Of a stretch of DNA of 64,000 nucleotides, positions 36,768-49,938 are shown one piece after another (the first letter of the stretch is position 1; every line of letters begins with the position of its first letter). The notes under the pieces are model-generated. The model saw only the letters and a program-made list of their open reading frames with translations, did not search any database and was not told the DNA's origin. The stretch is from Phoronis australis (Eukaryota > Animalia > Phoronida), in assembly GCA_002633005.1 (NCBI GenBank), contig NMRA01000110.1, positions 395,850-459,849 on the forward strand. The letters are read 5' to 3'. A program made the position numbers and the translations under genes.

Positions 36768-38729
36768 GTAAGTTTATACACGGCAAATATAATTATTTAA
36801 TGTTTCGTTCGTTTTGTTAAATTTGTCTTCTGAGATAGAGTGTATGCTAAAATGACTCTCAGTGAGTCTTGACTGAACATGTCATTGGCAATGGGTAAAT
36901 ATATTAATATGGATGCTTTCGATCATTCGTGTGTACTCGTGAGTCGTGTAGACAACACCGCCGTCTCAACTGGCCCCAGTAGAGACGGTGGTCATTCTAT
37001 AGGCTCTCCATACTATCCTTACATCTGTCTTATCCCTTGGTGCGAGCAGTGTGAAAGTGGCCAAGTTGCCGATTTGGATGTTGACTGTTGTAATCAGGAA
37101 CCCGTGTAACATTCAGTTACTATTAATGTACTGCACTGGTTGAATATAACAGTGAGAACTAATTTCATTGCCTGCTTCTCAAAATCAGGGACCGCTATAT
37201 CTGACCAGTGCTAGTAATGTGTAACTGGAATGTTCTCAACTCTGTGTTAGCATGACACCTGTTGGTCATTGTCGGAGCTAGTGTATTTCTCCATTTTGGG
37301 TCATACCTTATTTGGCCATTGTCCTTGAATTCCAAGAACTTTAATTGGGTGACTTGTCATTGACCCGGTTTGTCATGTGATGCAGGGACTCATCTGTCCT
37401 GGCCGTCATTAAAAAAGCACTTTCTTCAGCGATCCTGTTTGGTTCTATGCATATTCTCAATGATCCGTGTCTATGGGAATTAAAATGACTTTGGCAAAAA
37501 ATTATCTTTTTTGGGTCGCTGTTAACTTATTCACTGCATGATAACCACAAATTATTTTAATTAACATCGCGTAAGTTAAACCTCAAGAGCTAGCGTAGCA
37601 CGTGACTTGGGGGATGACACTTGCAAAAAGTAGCATGGGAGAATATCTGGAGGACCTTTGTCTCTCTTGGACTTTTTATTTGTGAACTAGTGTTATTTTG
37701 CATAACAATCACGAAATGGCACCAGGCGAGAGAAGTTGAGTGAACCTTGACAGATTTTCATGGATATCTTCAAATTTATTAAGTTTACTAAATTCTCTAC
37801 AGAGACACGGTATCTGTTAATTATAACTCACTGTATATATGCATACTTTTTTTGAGATGAGCAACTTTTTATTGTGATCTACTATCTCCTGTGTACACCT
37901 GCGGCATCCACAACATCAGTGCTGTAATTACTGTATTCGCCGTAACAACCGCCCAGGGTGCTTAGAAAAGTTCGTTTCAGGGGGCGCTTATTATAACCCA
38001 AGGCCGTTGAAACCCGGTCTCCGAAACGGGTGAAATCGGAATCTAAGATTCATTATATTTACGCTCTGTGACATATCTGGGAGGGGGGACGGCACTTGAT
38101 ATAAAAATTTATGGGTGGTTGTCTTTTGAAGAAAATTTAGATTATGGGTGGTGGTTCTAGAAAGAAGTATCATTAAAAGTGGGTGGTATTTTGTGCCCTA
38201 ACACTGACCTCAATGCCCTCTGAAAAAATTCAAGNACTTACCAAAAATTCACTTGACAGATACCCAAAAATACAACAAAATAAGCCCATGTTGCTAGTAT
38301 ACTAAGTCAATATGTACACTATGCCAATATTCAAGTCATGGTCTACTTGATTACAGGCATATGTTGTATAGTCATATTAAAATGAAAATTACAGCAACAC
38401 TAAACTGGTGTTAACACATCTAAGTAATTTGATGAATTTTTACTTAAAGGAGTCAGATAGACAAGTTCTAATATTCACTTGGCATAGTAGCCTAAATGTG
38501 TTCGTGGAAACATTTTGAGAGTCTTAGATTCTTGAAATTGAAAAAATCTTATTGAAATAACAGAGATCACACCTTGTGGCTGCCTAAGGTATTGCCCACA
38601 GGTGTCTCTGAAAACCAAGTTTCTGGTAACTGACATGAGTTGTGATCTCACATGGAGTTTTTCTGCACCTACAACAACTTTTGTGGTTGCATATAGTTGG
38701 CATCCTGTCCGTCCATTCGTCTGGCTGTC

Positions 38730-39340
38730 AATCGGTCCGTCTATCATTGTCCGTCAGGCGTCAATTGTCTCAAGAACCGATTGGCGGATCATGATGAAAT
38801 TTGGTATAGAGGTAATCGGCAGGTATGCGCCAGCACCAGTTGATTTTCGGATGGATTTGGTTACTGTGGTACTTCATGTTGGACGCTTTAGTTTTTGACA
38901 AGCCAATCCTTGTGTGTCGATTATCTCAAAAACTGCTTGACAGATCACAATGAAATTTGATACCGAGGTATATTGCAAGAATGTGCCCGCACCAGTCAAT
39001 GTTTGGATGGATTCAACTACTGTGGTACCCCTTGTTAGTTTGCGACTGCTCAAGTCATTGCTTGTCCATCGATTATCTTGAAACCGCTTAACGGATCACG
39101 ATGACATTTGGCAGAGAGATGGATGGCTGGTATGCGCCAGCAGCAGTTGATTTTTGGACAGATTTGGCTACTGTATCACCCCCTGTAGGCCATTTTAGTT
39201 TTTGACCAGACAGGTTGATTATTTAACAAAGCACTAGGTACAACTGGATGAAATTTGGCTCAAAGATATATGGCAGGGATGGATGCACCGTCAGAAGTCG
39301 ATTATTGTTTTGATTCAACCATCCTCTTAGCCACTTTTAG
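38730..39340 (-). repeat. Inverted member of the same repeat family as 3560-5260
   Basis: Repeated ATGAAATTTGG...GATTTTCGGATGGATTTGG...ACTGTGGTACCCC units. Confidence 0.55.
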
Positions 39341-39480
39341 TTATTGCCAATCGATTGTCTAAGTACTTAACAGGTCATCCTAGAGGCAATTTGTTTACAA
39401 GTGTTGCATTTTATATTTCAACCTAATTAAAAATTATGGGTCATGGGTTGGATAAATAAAAGCAAAATGCGGGCAGTAGG

Positions 39481-40160
39481 CAGGCCTTCATGCAGCGTAC
39501 GTCCTGGGCGTCTATTTGGACGCCCTAGCACTAATCTGGACGCCCTGGCAAGGACGCCCACATTGTAAGACTACTAGGACACCACAGTTAATGAAAGAGA
39601 GAAGTTGGCTCTTTCAACTCAGAAATGTATATAAAATGTTACAGTGTTCAAGCTATTTAGTAGATCTGTCAATCATAAGCTTGTGTTTGGTTGGCAGAGT
39701 ATCTCTGACATAGACACCTTATGATCTGTGCATGTTTTCTTGTGTTGGTAACTGCAGATTTGATGACTCATTGTACATTATATAAACCTAGTTAAGATGA
39801 TATGATAAACTTTATAACAGCAATTTGCACTCATCATTCAACCAAAATCTGTAATATCTGTAGTACCTGTTTGGTTAGCTATTTGTCTGTTTTCGTAAAT
39901 TTAGACATAAAAGTTTTGATCCACACAGTTTTTTTAGTAAAAAGATCACTACAAGAGAGCTGTTTTTTGTAAACTTACATGTAAAAGCCTTGTTCAACAC
40001 ATTTTCTTTGTAAAAAACCTCTCTGTGTATGGGAGGAGGGGGTTACTGGTCAATGGTGGTGGGGAGTGGGGGTAATGCGTCGTTTGGAATCATGGACGCC
40101 CTGGAATATTGGGAACCCCATTTTGGACACCCTATTTTCGAAATACTGCATAAAGCTGTG
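39481..40160 (+). mobile_element. hAT-like MITE (older copy)
   Basis: Starts CAGGCCTTCATG with a decayed 3' TIR; 8-bp TSD GCAGTAGG/GCAGTGGG; GGACGCCC subterminal repeats. Confidence 0.75.
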
Positions 40161-41691
40161 GCAGTGGGTAAACAATGACCCCCCCCCCCATACAGTTTTT
40201 ACTGGAACAGCCCTCACAGAATCTGACTTGGTTCATGGGATTTGAGATTTTATACAGAATAGCCATATTTCTGCAGCAAGTACGATAATTTTAGTGTTTT
40301 GGGTTTTTAATTAAAAAACATTCAGAATTCTGTACGGGCATTCTTGCCACATATCAGGCTATCCACAATCTGTGTTTGGTTTCTCGCTACAACTTACCTA
40401 TCTTGAGTCATTCAAGGTTTTCTTATTTGATAGTTGTCTATTATTGACTGATTCCTCATGCACTTTTAATAATTACTGCGTGTTGGTGTAATAGTCATTG
40501 GCGTCATGGTTATTGGATGTTCTTCGTTTCATTATTGACCTAACCTTTAAATATTTATTTGATTTCGACAAGTGTTGCTCCTCAGACTGCTTTCATCCTG
40601 AAATTTCCCACCTTATCTGTTACCTTATAATCATGTTACGCTTGGTACAAAGTCCTATATCATACCACTGACACAAACATAGTTTAACAAGGTTAAGTTA
40701 TCGTTCAGTTTGGCTTTACAGGAACATGTCTACGTCACATGGTTTATTCAGATCTAGCTGCTTTCTTGTAAGTCTAAGTCTGCATTCTAGTGTTTGCCTA
40801 AAGTCACAAGCAGTTTATAGCTTGGCTGGTCAGTAGACAATTCGAAGCATGTGAATACTCCTCAGTTACAAAAGTGCCCTGATCATGAATATGTTTTATG
40901 TACTTTTTGTGTGTTAATCAAGTCAGTAACTGATTGTATGAAAACCTTGTTCACTGTATGATGAGAAAAGTGGATGTTGTTAGCCAAGTTTGATTAGCAA
41001 GCATGGTAATAAAACATGACTGTTGTAATGCTAGAATTGCAATTCTCTACTTTGAAACATATCCATGGTCATCTTACTGAAACGTTGATTAGAAACATGT
41101 AACTCAGTCAAGTAATGTACTCCTGCCTGTGACTGTAGTTGAAACCTGACATCCTGGGCTGTATGTATTATGCAAACTGTTTCCCTTTCAATGCTTCGTT
41201 TTGCATTTTGGAAATTGGTTTCTTAAATGACTTGAGGTCTGTGACCTTGCCGATTAAAATAAGAGTTAACTTGTGCTCATTGTGGGTCTTGATTGTGTGT
41301 TCACCTGCTGAGTGCATGTGAGTCTCTCTCACCTTTCACCCGCCACGAGGATCATGAAGTCTTGATAATTACACTGAAGTAGGTGTTGTGATTCTAATTC
41401 TTCTTTTAAAAATACTTAGTATATGCTCAGATTCTTTCAGTTCAATGAATAGCATCATTTGATAGAACTTATGTATGTAGCACACAATGTAACAGTTCTT
41501 TGGTGTGGGAAAATGTCCGGATTAATCATTTTTTTGTGTGGCACATTTCATTTTGGTTTCTTTGTATTACGCACGGTCATAGGTTCTTGAGACAGTGTTT
41601 CGTCTGGCATCATGTGTGTATGTTTGTATGTATTAGTATGGCCACACTGTTGACTAGCACACATTTCCTCATGTGTCCACAGGATGGCGCC

Positions 41692-44600
41692 ATGAACCAA
41701 GGAAGTGATGAGGAGGCTCCCACCACGTCACGCTCCAGCCACTCTACGAGTTATCTCCTCTGCCAGACATCGGCGTATGAGGACCACTATGATGGCGACT
41801 CAGACTCAGACACAGACAATGTAACCAGACCTAAACAGAAAGAAATGGGAAAACTGTTACACAAGCGTCGCTCGGTAAGCAGTCAAGCTATCTGACTAAC
41901 ATACTTGCGTTGAAGTTTATTAAAATTTAGATTTATCTGGTTATCAAAATTGTAATCTTCCATTTTTCGAAAAGCCCACTGCATCACTAGAAATCCCCAA
42001 TTTCTCTCTGTGTGTTGATTGACAGGACCTGTGCGATCAACAGGACCTGTGCAATATCAACTCTCCTACTAGTGATATTAAAACCGTTTTTTTTTTTATA
42101 TTCGGCAAATTTTGGTTTCACTGTTCTGTCATGTTGTGCTATAATTTGAAGAAGCCGGTCAGTACTCAACTCTGTGTATGGTAGAATTTTTGGGGTGATG
42201 GATGGGGGCAGGCCTTCATCCAGGATTTCGAAAATAGGGTGTCCAAAATGAGGTTCCCAATATTCCAGGGCGTCCATAATTCCGACGCGTAACCCCCCAT
42301 CCCCAGCAATCCCCCCAAACACACAGATTTTTTTACAAAAAAATGCATAGACCAAGGTTTTTACATCTAAGTTCACAAAACAGCCTTCTGTAGTGAGCAT
42401 TTTTAATAAAACATTGGTGTAGACCAAGACTTTTACAATGCTATCAACCAAGTGTGAGCATAGCAACATTGTATATACTTTGTATATACATTGTATATTT
42501 CTTCCTGCTTTGAAAAAAGAGCCCCCACTGTGAGCCTTCAGAGGCTTCCTAGTAATCATTACAATGTGTGTGTCCAAACTTGAAAGGTTCCTATTGACAG
42601 TGGGCGTCCAAATGATACATTGGGCGTCCTTGCCAGGGCGTCCATATTAGTGCTGGGGCGTCCATTTGGACGCCCAGGACGTACGCTGCATGAAGGCCTG
42701 NCTGCTGTTTAATTTTTATTTCCTTGAATACAGAAGACTCCCTCAGACAGCCCTTTAGACACACATCTGACTGACGATGATTATGAAGAAGAGGTTGACA
42801 ATGAAGTGGATTCAGAACAGATAGAGGTGTCCGTACACCCCCTGCCTAAGATCATTGAGCAAGCGGAGGAGATCGCACACAAGGTGTGGGAGGCTGGCTG
42901 GGAGGTGGTCAGTCACCATCATCTGCCACAGTGGCTTAGAGACAATGACTTTCTACTGCATGGACACCGGCCAGAGCTGCGCTCGTTCATTGAGTGCTTC
43001 AAGTCCATCTTCCGTATTCACACAGAGACTGGCAACATCTGGTCACATCTCTTAGGTAATCATGTACTCTTGTTGCTATGGAAACTCCTGTGTACCCATG
43101 TTCTGTCACATAAACTCCCGTATACCCTTGTTCTGTCGCATAAACTCCCGTGTACCCTTGTTCTGTCGCATAAACTTTCATGTACCAATGTTCTGTCGCA
43201 TAAACTCCTGTTTATTCATGTTCTGTCACATAAACTCTTGATTTAGACCTGTTGTAAACTGGTTTCATCTTTCTCTGATAAGGCATGAAGAACTGAGAGT
43301 TGATTATTGTTAGAGACCCGCTTTGGGTATACAATACTTGGCTGTGTCAAGTTAACTTATTAAGTGAGGAGGCAGTGTGACCTGGTTGATAAGTGCCCGC
43401 TTTCTTTACTCGAGGTCGTGGGTTCGAGTCCCACCAGGTCACACTGCTAAACCCTTGAGCCAGGTTTCTAGCTCCTCAGCTTGGTTTTAACCATATACCA
43501 ATAAAGCATAAAAATATTTCCAGTTGGTCAGTGCAATGGGCCCACATGCGAGGCCTGCGCACGTCTGGTACAACGTGTATCAGACCGCCTGCAATTAATT
43601 TATAACTCATTAAGCTTGATCTGAGATAAGTCCCAATGCGTAATCAAACTCACAAGTTCAGTGGTGCAATCCAACCATTTGCTGGGCCAGCTAATCCCCA
43701 CAGGTTAACTGGCATACTCTTTGAAGCATATTTAACTGAAAACGACACTAGCCTTGACTTCATCTTGTGGCTGGCAGACAGCAGTGAATTATGGTGATTT
43801 GTAATGAATGAACAAAAACAATTACTTTTGTTGTTTAATTGTTATGGCCAAAGCTAACAACTTCATGAAGTTTATCCTATCCAGCGATATTCTCAAAATG
43901 CATTTTTCGGCCCCAAAACCATGCATGTCCATTTAAGATAGTTTCGTCCTAGTCTCAGAAATTTTTATCCATTGTTCTTAATGAGGGACTTGAGGTTTAT
44001 TTCATTGCCATTGTTTATGTAGTGTAATAAACAAACAGTCTTTGGATTTTTGTTGTTCTCTATGTCTGCTCATGACTAAGTGCTACATGTCCGTGGTTCT
44101 TATAGTGTTAGTAATAATTCGGTGGAATTTCATCTTCAGCGCTGCTGTCGGTTTTCAAATGCTTTGTGTGACTGTTGTCAGCTTGTAAACATCTGGTGAC
44201 GTGTAAACAATGCAACACAAAATGTGTAAACAATGCAACACAAAACGTGTAAACAATGCAACACAAAACGTGTAAACAATGCAACACAAAACAACATTTG
44301 TCACTTGAGTACACCACAATTGAAAACACAAAACTACTGTAACGGGTTTCTTGGTGCAAGTAGGTTAAGCAACCATCTTAAGTTAAAGGTGGAAAGTGAC
44401 CCTCAAACTGCATCAAATGATATTAGTAATTTTTTGCACAAAAGGTTCTCAAGGCATGCGCTGTCTGGTCACACTGGAGTAATTATGACAACTCAAATTT
44501 TAAATCCGATCACACGTTTACTAGTTATCTGTGCTGTCACTTGATGTTTCCGTGCTGACAACTGTCCCTCAATGCATTTTTCAGCAGTGCCTTACATAGA

Positions 44601-46722
44601 TGGAACAAGGGGAAACTCATTTCTGGAGTAATGCCATTTTTTGTTTCAATAAGTCTTCCTCGTAACTGGAAGATTGTATCCTCATTTCCCCTGACTGTTC
44701 ACTTCACTATGATCTTTCCCTGCTGTTTACCGACTGTGTTCACATGACTAATATATCCCTGTGTTCGCATGACTAATATATCCCTGTTTATTCTCTGCAG
44801 GCTTCACAGCATTTGTCGGTATGACCATGTACTTCATTTCACGGCCCTCCCTCGAGATCCAGTGGCAGGAGAAGCTGGTCTTTTCCGCCTTTTTCTTTGG
44901 CGCCATCTTGTGTCTCGGATTCTCGTGGGTTTTTCATACGGTCTACTGCCACTCGGAGAAAGTGGGAAAACTATTCAACAAGTAGGTTTTTAGTGTTTTT
45001 AACCCATTATGATTCACCGGTAGTTTATTCTGCGAGCCGTTGGTATAACTCAATCTTGATGTTTTATTCATGTTGTGATAAAAATCTAAAATATTTAAGT
45101 CACAGTTGACTGTATATGAGTGGATATTGCATTTGTCACATTGAACACGTGACATATTAGATTGGCGTGACCAGTGCTAAAGCTCGTTGTTTGACGACAT
45201 TGGATGTAGTTTGAACACAAGTTGTTGTCATGCTAGGCAAGCTGCCTCTAGAAATCTATCTACTTAGTCTATCTACTCAGTGGAATAGAAATCAAAATAT
45301 TTACCCTCAATGCATCACAACTGGTGATTTTCAACCTCATTTCCGTGTAGCTCCATGCTAGTTACGACCTTGACCTTTCACCAAGTGAGCAGGTCTGTCA
45401 TCGTATTTCTTCAGAAGGAAGTCAGCAATACTGTTTTATCTGTATACTTCAGGTCTCGAAATTTTACTCTTTTAAGAGGATTTCCTCTTTTTGGTTTCTA
45501 TTTCCTGATATTTGATTTCCAGTTTCCTTTTGTTGTCGTCTCTTTATTATCGTTATTTCGACTCTATAATGTTTCTTGCTGTTAAATTTTACAGCACAAA
45601 AACTATTTGTATCACATAAGCCTATTTATTTGTAGAAAGACACATCACCTGGAAAATTTTCCTCTTTTTTATCGTTGGTCATTACAAGCGCTGATCACAT
45701 GTTGGGACACAAGGTGTCACTCCTGACTTTCAACTATTGTGCCATTTCTTGGTTTATGATTGCACTGTACCTTTGCTCAATCTTGCGGTGTATTACTCCG
45801 TCCGTTCACTTACCTTGCAGATTAGACTACTGTGGTATATGCCTGCTGGTGATTGGCTCCTTTGTGCCGTGGCTCTACTACAACTTCTACTGCAGTCTTC
45901 TACCCAAAGTCTTATACATCGTGTCAATCTTCGTTCTGGGAATGGCCTGTCTTATCGTTAGCCTTCTCGACTTTTTCGCCACGCCCAGATTTAGGGCGTT
46001 CCGTGCAGGTGAGAGCTCACATTACAATTTAGCACTATGTAATTTAAGAATGATTAATATTTGGCAGTGGTTGCATCATAATCTATTCATGCAGACATAA
46101 TTACATGGCAGTAGTGTGTGATTCCTCTCCAGTTGGTACTCATGCTGTCATTGTATACAAATAATCTCTGTCTCACATTTTTCACTTCCCATTTCACTGT
46201 TCACATATCATTTCCCCATTCTAGGAATGTTTATTGCCCTGGGACTGAGTGGCATCGTACCCGCCATGCATTTTGTAATAGTACACGGGTTCTGGAACGC
46301 CATCAACAAAGCAGCCCTTGGCTGGCTCTGTCTCATGGCTCTCCTATACATCGTTGGTGCTGTCATCTATGCGGTGAGGATACCAGAGAGGATCTTCCCA
46401 GGCAAATGTGATATTTGGGTGAGTACTGGGAAAACTCCTCCATTACTGTTGCAAGTTTGTGATTTCAGTTTAACCTAATTACCACTAGGTGGGGTTAACT
46501 AGTGAAGTGTAAATAAAACATTAATTCTTAGATGTCGTTGATGTTGTGCATGTGTGCATAATTATTTCCTCTAGCGGCCATCTTTTTTTCCCACAGTTCC
46601 AGAGCCATCAGCTGTTCCATTTATTCGTGATCGCCGCAGCCTTTGTGCATTACCATGGTATAACAGAGATAGCTCACTACAGACTGTCGCTAGGAGACTG
46701 TATGGAGACCATTGCTGTTTGA
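41692..46722 (+). CDS. ADIPOR: Adiponectin receptor (AdipoR / PAQR family, 7-TM Zn-binding), 6 coding exons, 397 aa
   Basis: join(41692..41874,42734..43055,44801..44981,45821..46008,46225..46418,46597..46722). All introns are GT-AG, phases are compatible, total 1194 nt. Hallmark motifs: LPQWLRDNDFLLHGHRP, SIFRIHTETGNIWSHLLG, SWVFHTVYCHS, KLDYCGI, RIPERIFPGKCDIWFQSHQLFH. Confidence 0.97.
42209..42700 (-). mobile_element. hAT-like MITE, same family as 39481-40160, inverted
   Basis: TIRs CAGGCCTTCAT...ATGAAGGCCTG; shares GGGCGTCC subterminal repeats; right end abuts the single N at 42701. Confidence 0.8.
43078..43240. repeat. 30-bp minisatellite, ~5 copies
   Basis: Unit TTCTGTCGCATAAACTCCCGTGTACCCTTG, directly after an AdipoR donor site. 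Confidence 0.9.
43366..43610 (+). mobile_element. tRNA-derived SINE
   Basis: A-box-like TGACCTGGTTGA, B-box GGTTCGAGTCC, 15-bp stem GCAGTGTGACCTGGT/ACCAGGTCACACTGC, then CCCTTGAGC typical of SINE2 bodies; no intact tRNA cloverleaf. Confidence 0.7.
44199..44291. repeat. 23-bp minisatellite, 4 copies
   Basis: Unit ACGTGTAAACAATGCAACACAAA. Confidence 0.9.
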
Positions 46723-47964
46723 CGCCGGTGGGGACTGTTTTAGGAAGCAATAACTGAGAATCTTGCGTGGCAATGTGATGTGCAACCAAATTGTAAATAG
46801 ATGGTGGAGCACAGTCCTTATTTTTGTGCACAGTAGTATAAGTTATTCATGTTTGGACAAAAACAGATTTTTTTCAGACTTATATTCATTAGGTCACGTG
46901 ATGTGGCCAACAGATGGCGTGCTGATGGGACTTAAATGTTTGCAAAAAAAAATAGTTCAAAAATGCTGTTTTTCCATTGGTCAAATGCACTCTACATTTG
47001 TGCTTATTTTTCAATTCTTAGCTTACGTTACAGTAAACCTCACTTAATATTTATTTTTGTTGAAACATTTTGACAAAAAGTGGAATTACATTTCCACCCA
47101 TTGTTTCTGTTAAATTGAAGATTTATTACCGTATCTATACATGTGGCATGTTGTGGGCAAAACTTCTTGACCATTGTAGTCACTGTGAGGATTTTTAGCC
47201 AACAACTGTGGGCTCATATGACTTTAGGGTCAAAGCAATGGTTACTATTTTTATTATAAAGTTGCTATTTGTGAACATTTCTCTTCCATAATGAATCTTT
47301 TCATCTTTTCTCATTGTCTGTAATTGCATTCGACTGTGTTAAACTTAACTACACTCTATTGTACATATCACTATGCATTTTTTGGTGTACTTGTGGGCAG
47401 AGGGCGTGGCTAGACTATTTGGGCACCGCCCCCTTGATAGAATGATGTAACTTAGCCTTAATTAGTTGATCTCCTGATTGACAGGTCTTTATTTACCATT
47501 GAACTTCCAGCATTGGCACATCAATTCTCATCATCATGTTTGTTTTGATTCTATCTACTTTGCTGGTCCACATGTTTACACGAGGTACCCAGTCAACATG
47601 TGCACACCAGATGGCTCTACTGGTACTAATAACAGCTGTTTGATCACCAGTTTCATATGAATGTACTACAAGTCTGCTTGAGCATGATCATGTCATCAAT
47701 GTGGGGGATTTCAATTTCAAAATCCCTTGGTATGCAATTTGAGGGATTTCGTCTGTGGGCTGTTGTTTTTCTAATGCTTTGCCAGAGGGTTGTCAATTCA
47801 TAGACGTGTAAACAATACAGTGCCAAACTGCAATTTGGAAGTTTACTGTTGGCCACTGAGGCGATGTGGATCTTCAACTAGAGATAGAAATGCACTGTCA
47901 CATCACATTTTCAAAAAAATTGCGGATCTTGAATTTTTTTCTAATTCAGGTAACTACGGGACGA

Positions 47965-48833
47965 AGGCAACCTTTTTTCATGTCATTTTTAGCAAAAATA
48001 AGGTTCGTTGGTTATCCCAGACATATTTTCCACTTAATTACAGATTTTCGTAATTTAATTAATTAATCGTTCTCTACTCCGAAAGTGACGTTTTGGGAGG
48101 CAACAATTTCGCGCCAATTTCTTTTCATATAGTCTGACTGTGAGAGCCGTCGAGTCGGTCATTGAACTACCTCGGTTGTGATAAATTCTGCCTTCGTTTG
48201 CTTTTGTTTACAAGTCAGTCAACATGCCACACTACGTACCGGAAAGTAGGCCTACTCCTTATGGCCTGTAAGCAGCCCTGCTGTGATGTTGAGTAGTGGG
48301 AGTGAATACAGGCCCAGTGAAGAGGACAGTTTGACTTTCAATGAACAGATTGGTGATCCAAACTTTGGTAAGTTTATTGTGGACTAGTCTAAAGTATTGG
48401 GTCTATTTAGAAGGTGCCAGGTGTGTGGCGAGAGAGTCACACGGCGGGGTATAAGCTCGGGTCACTATCCAGTGGGAGTGTGTTGCGGGACACTCGGGCA
48501 AGTGGGACAGCAGTTGTTCCTCTGTCCGTGAGACGATAATGAGTACATCGCAGTACGCAGCAACAATGTGACATGTTGACTGACTAGTAAACAAAAGCAA
48601 ACGACTACCGAACTTATCACAACCGAGATAGAACAATGACTGACTCGGCAACTCTCACAGTCAGACTATATGAAAAGAAATTGGCGCGAAATTCTTGCCT
48701 CCCAAAATAACACTTCCGGAGTAGAAAATGAATAATTAATTAAATTACGAAAAGCTGTAATTAAGTGGAAAATATGTCTGGGATAACCAAGAAACCTTAT
48801 TTTTGCTAAAAAAGACATGAAAAAAGGTTGCCT
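47965..48833. mobile_element. Long-TIR (foldback) non-autonomous element, Kolobok-like end
   Basis: Inverted repeats of ~220 bp (47965-48187 vs 48611-48833); termini AGGCAACC...GGTTGCCT, with TTAA on the right side only. Confidence 0.8.
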
Positions 48834-49073
48834 TTAAGATCTATTTATTGAAACAAGACTTAAGACAAATATAAGTTTTATCTTGAAATTGACTGAACTT
48901 AAAGATTTGTATCTGTTATTAGGTGTAACCAGTGAGCACATTGTCTTTAATGTCCGAGTGATGTTTATTTACCTGTGAGGCATGATGTCCATTGTTGATT
49001 TCTTGTCAATGAAATGAAGCACTCTGCCTGTTTAACCCCTGGTACAAAAATTATGGTATTTCAGTAAGGTGTC

Positions 49074-49478
49074 TACTAGTATCCAGAAAACTACTAGTAT
49101 CCAGGAGACTACTAGTATCCAGGAGACTACTAGTATCCAGGATACTACTAGTATCCAGGAGACTACTAGTATCCAGAAAACTACTAGTATCCAGGATACT
49201 ACTAGTATCCAGGAGACTACTAGTATCCAGGAGACTACTAGTATCCAGGAGACTACTAGTATCTAGAAAACTACTAGTATCCAGGAGACTACTAGTATCC
49301 AGGAGACTACTAGTATCCAGAAAACTACTAGTATCCAGGAGACTACTAGTATCCAGAAAACTACTAGTATCCAGGATACTACTAGTATCCAGGAGACTAC
49401 TAGTATCCAGAAAACTACTAGTATCCAGGAGACTACTAGTATCCAGGAGACTACTAGTATCCAGGAGACTACTAGTAT
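49074..49478. repeat. 18-bp minisatellite, ~22 copies with three interleaved variants
   Basis: ACTACTAGTATCCAGGAG / ...CCAGAAA / ...CCAGGAT. Confidence 0.95.
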
Positions 49479-49938
49479 ACATGTGAGAATGGCTTCAGCG
49501 TATGATGTAAGGGTTACAATATTGTTATTCATTGGTAACTTGTTGTATTTGTTAGACTGCTGGAGTAAAGAGAAATATTTATGTCATGTGTCATATATTA
49601 AACATTAAAAGTGAGGTGTCTTCTTGTCTTTGTAATTCTTGTTTATCCAATGGGCATGGCTGTGATGACGTGTTAGTTCTATGTTCATTCATGAGTCTAT
49701 CTTTGACAGGAGGATAGTTTAAAACTTGGTTTTCCTGTTAAGTAGCGTTTGTATTTTCACACGTCATCAGTTAAGCAATAGACAAAAATGCGAGGAAGCC
49801 ACAGACGTATAAGTGAATGTTAGAGCTAAGCACTGCTGTTGGTTAAAGACGCGTGTTGAATGACGACGAGGGTGGCCGAGGACCGCCGCTAGATGGCATC
49901 ACGGTGGTTGACTGATGCTTTGGGGTGTGTACCCGGAG

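Noticed and set aside
41987-42577. 196-aa minus-strand ORF inside an AdipoR intron
   Set aside because: Mostly spans a non-autonomous MITE; no recognisable domain.
43371-43447. tRNA gene
   Set aside because: Has A/B boxes but no proper cloverleaf, and continues into a SINE-like body.
46720-46743. Stop-codon readthrough or selenocysteine at the AdipoR TGA-C
   Set aside because: Only six codons to the next stop, the C-terminus is already family-typical, and no SECIS was recognised.
49051-49532. DTSSLL / TTSIQE repeat proteins
   Set aside because: Translations of the 18-bp minisatellite, with no splice or domain support.
49886-49899. CTCF-like CCGCTAGATGGCA in both propeptide loci
   Set aside because: Lies in the ancestral coding tail (MPSSG codons on the minus strand) and is explained by the duplication.
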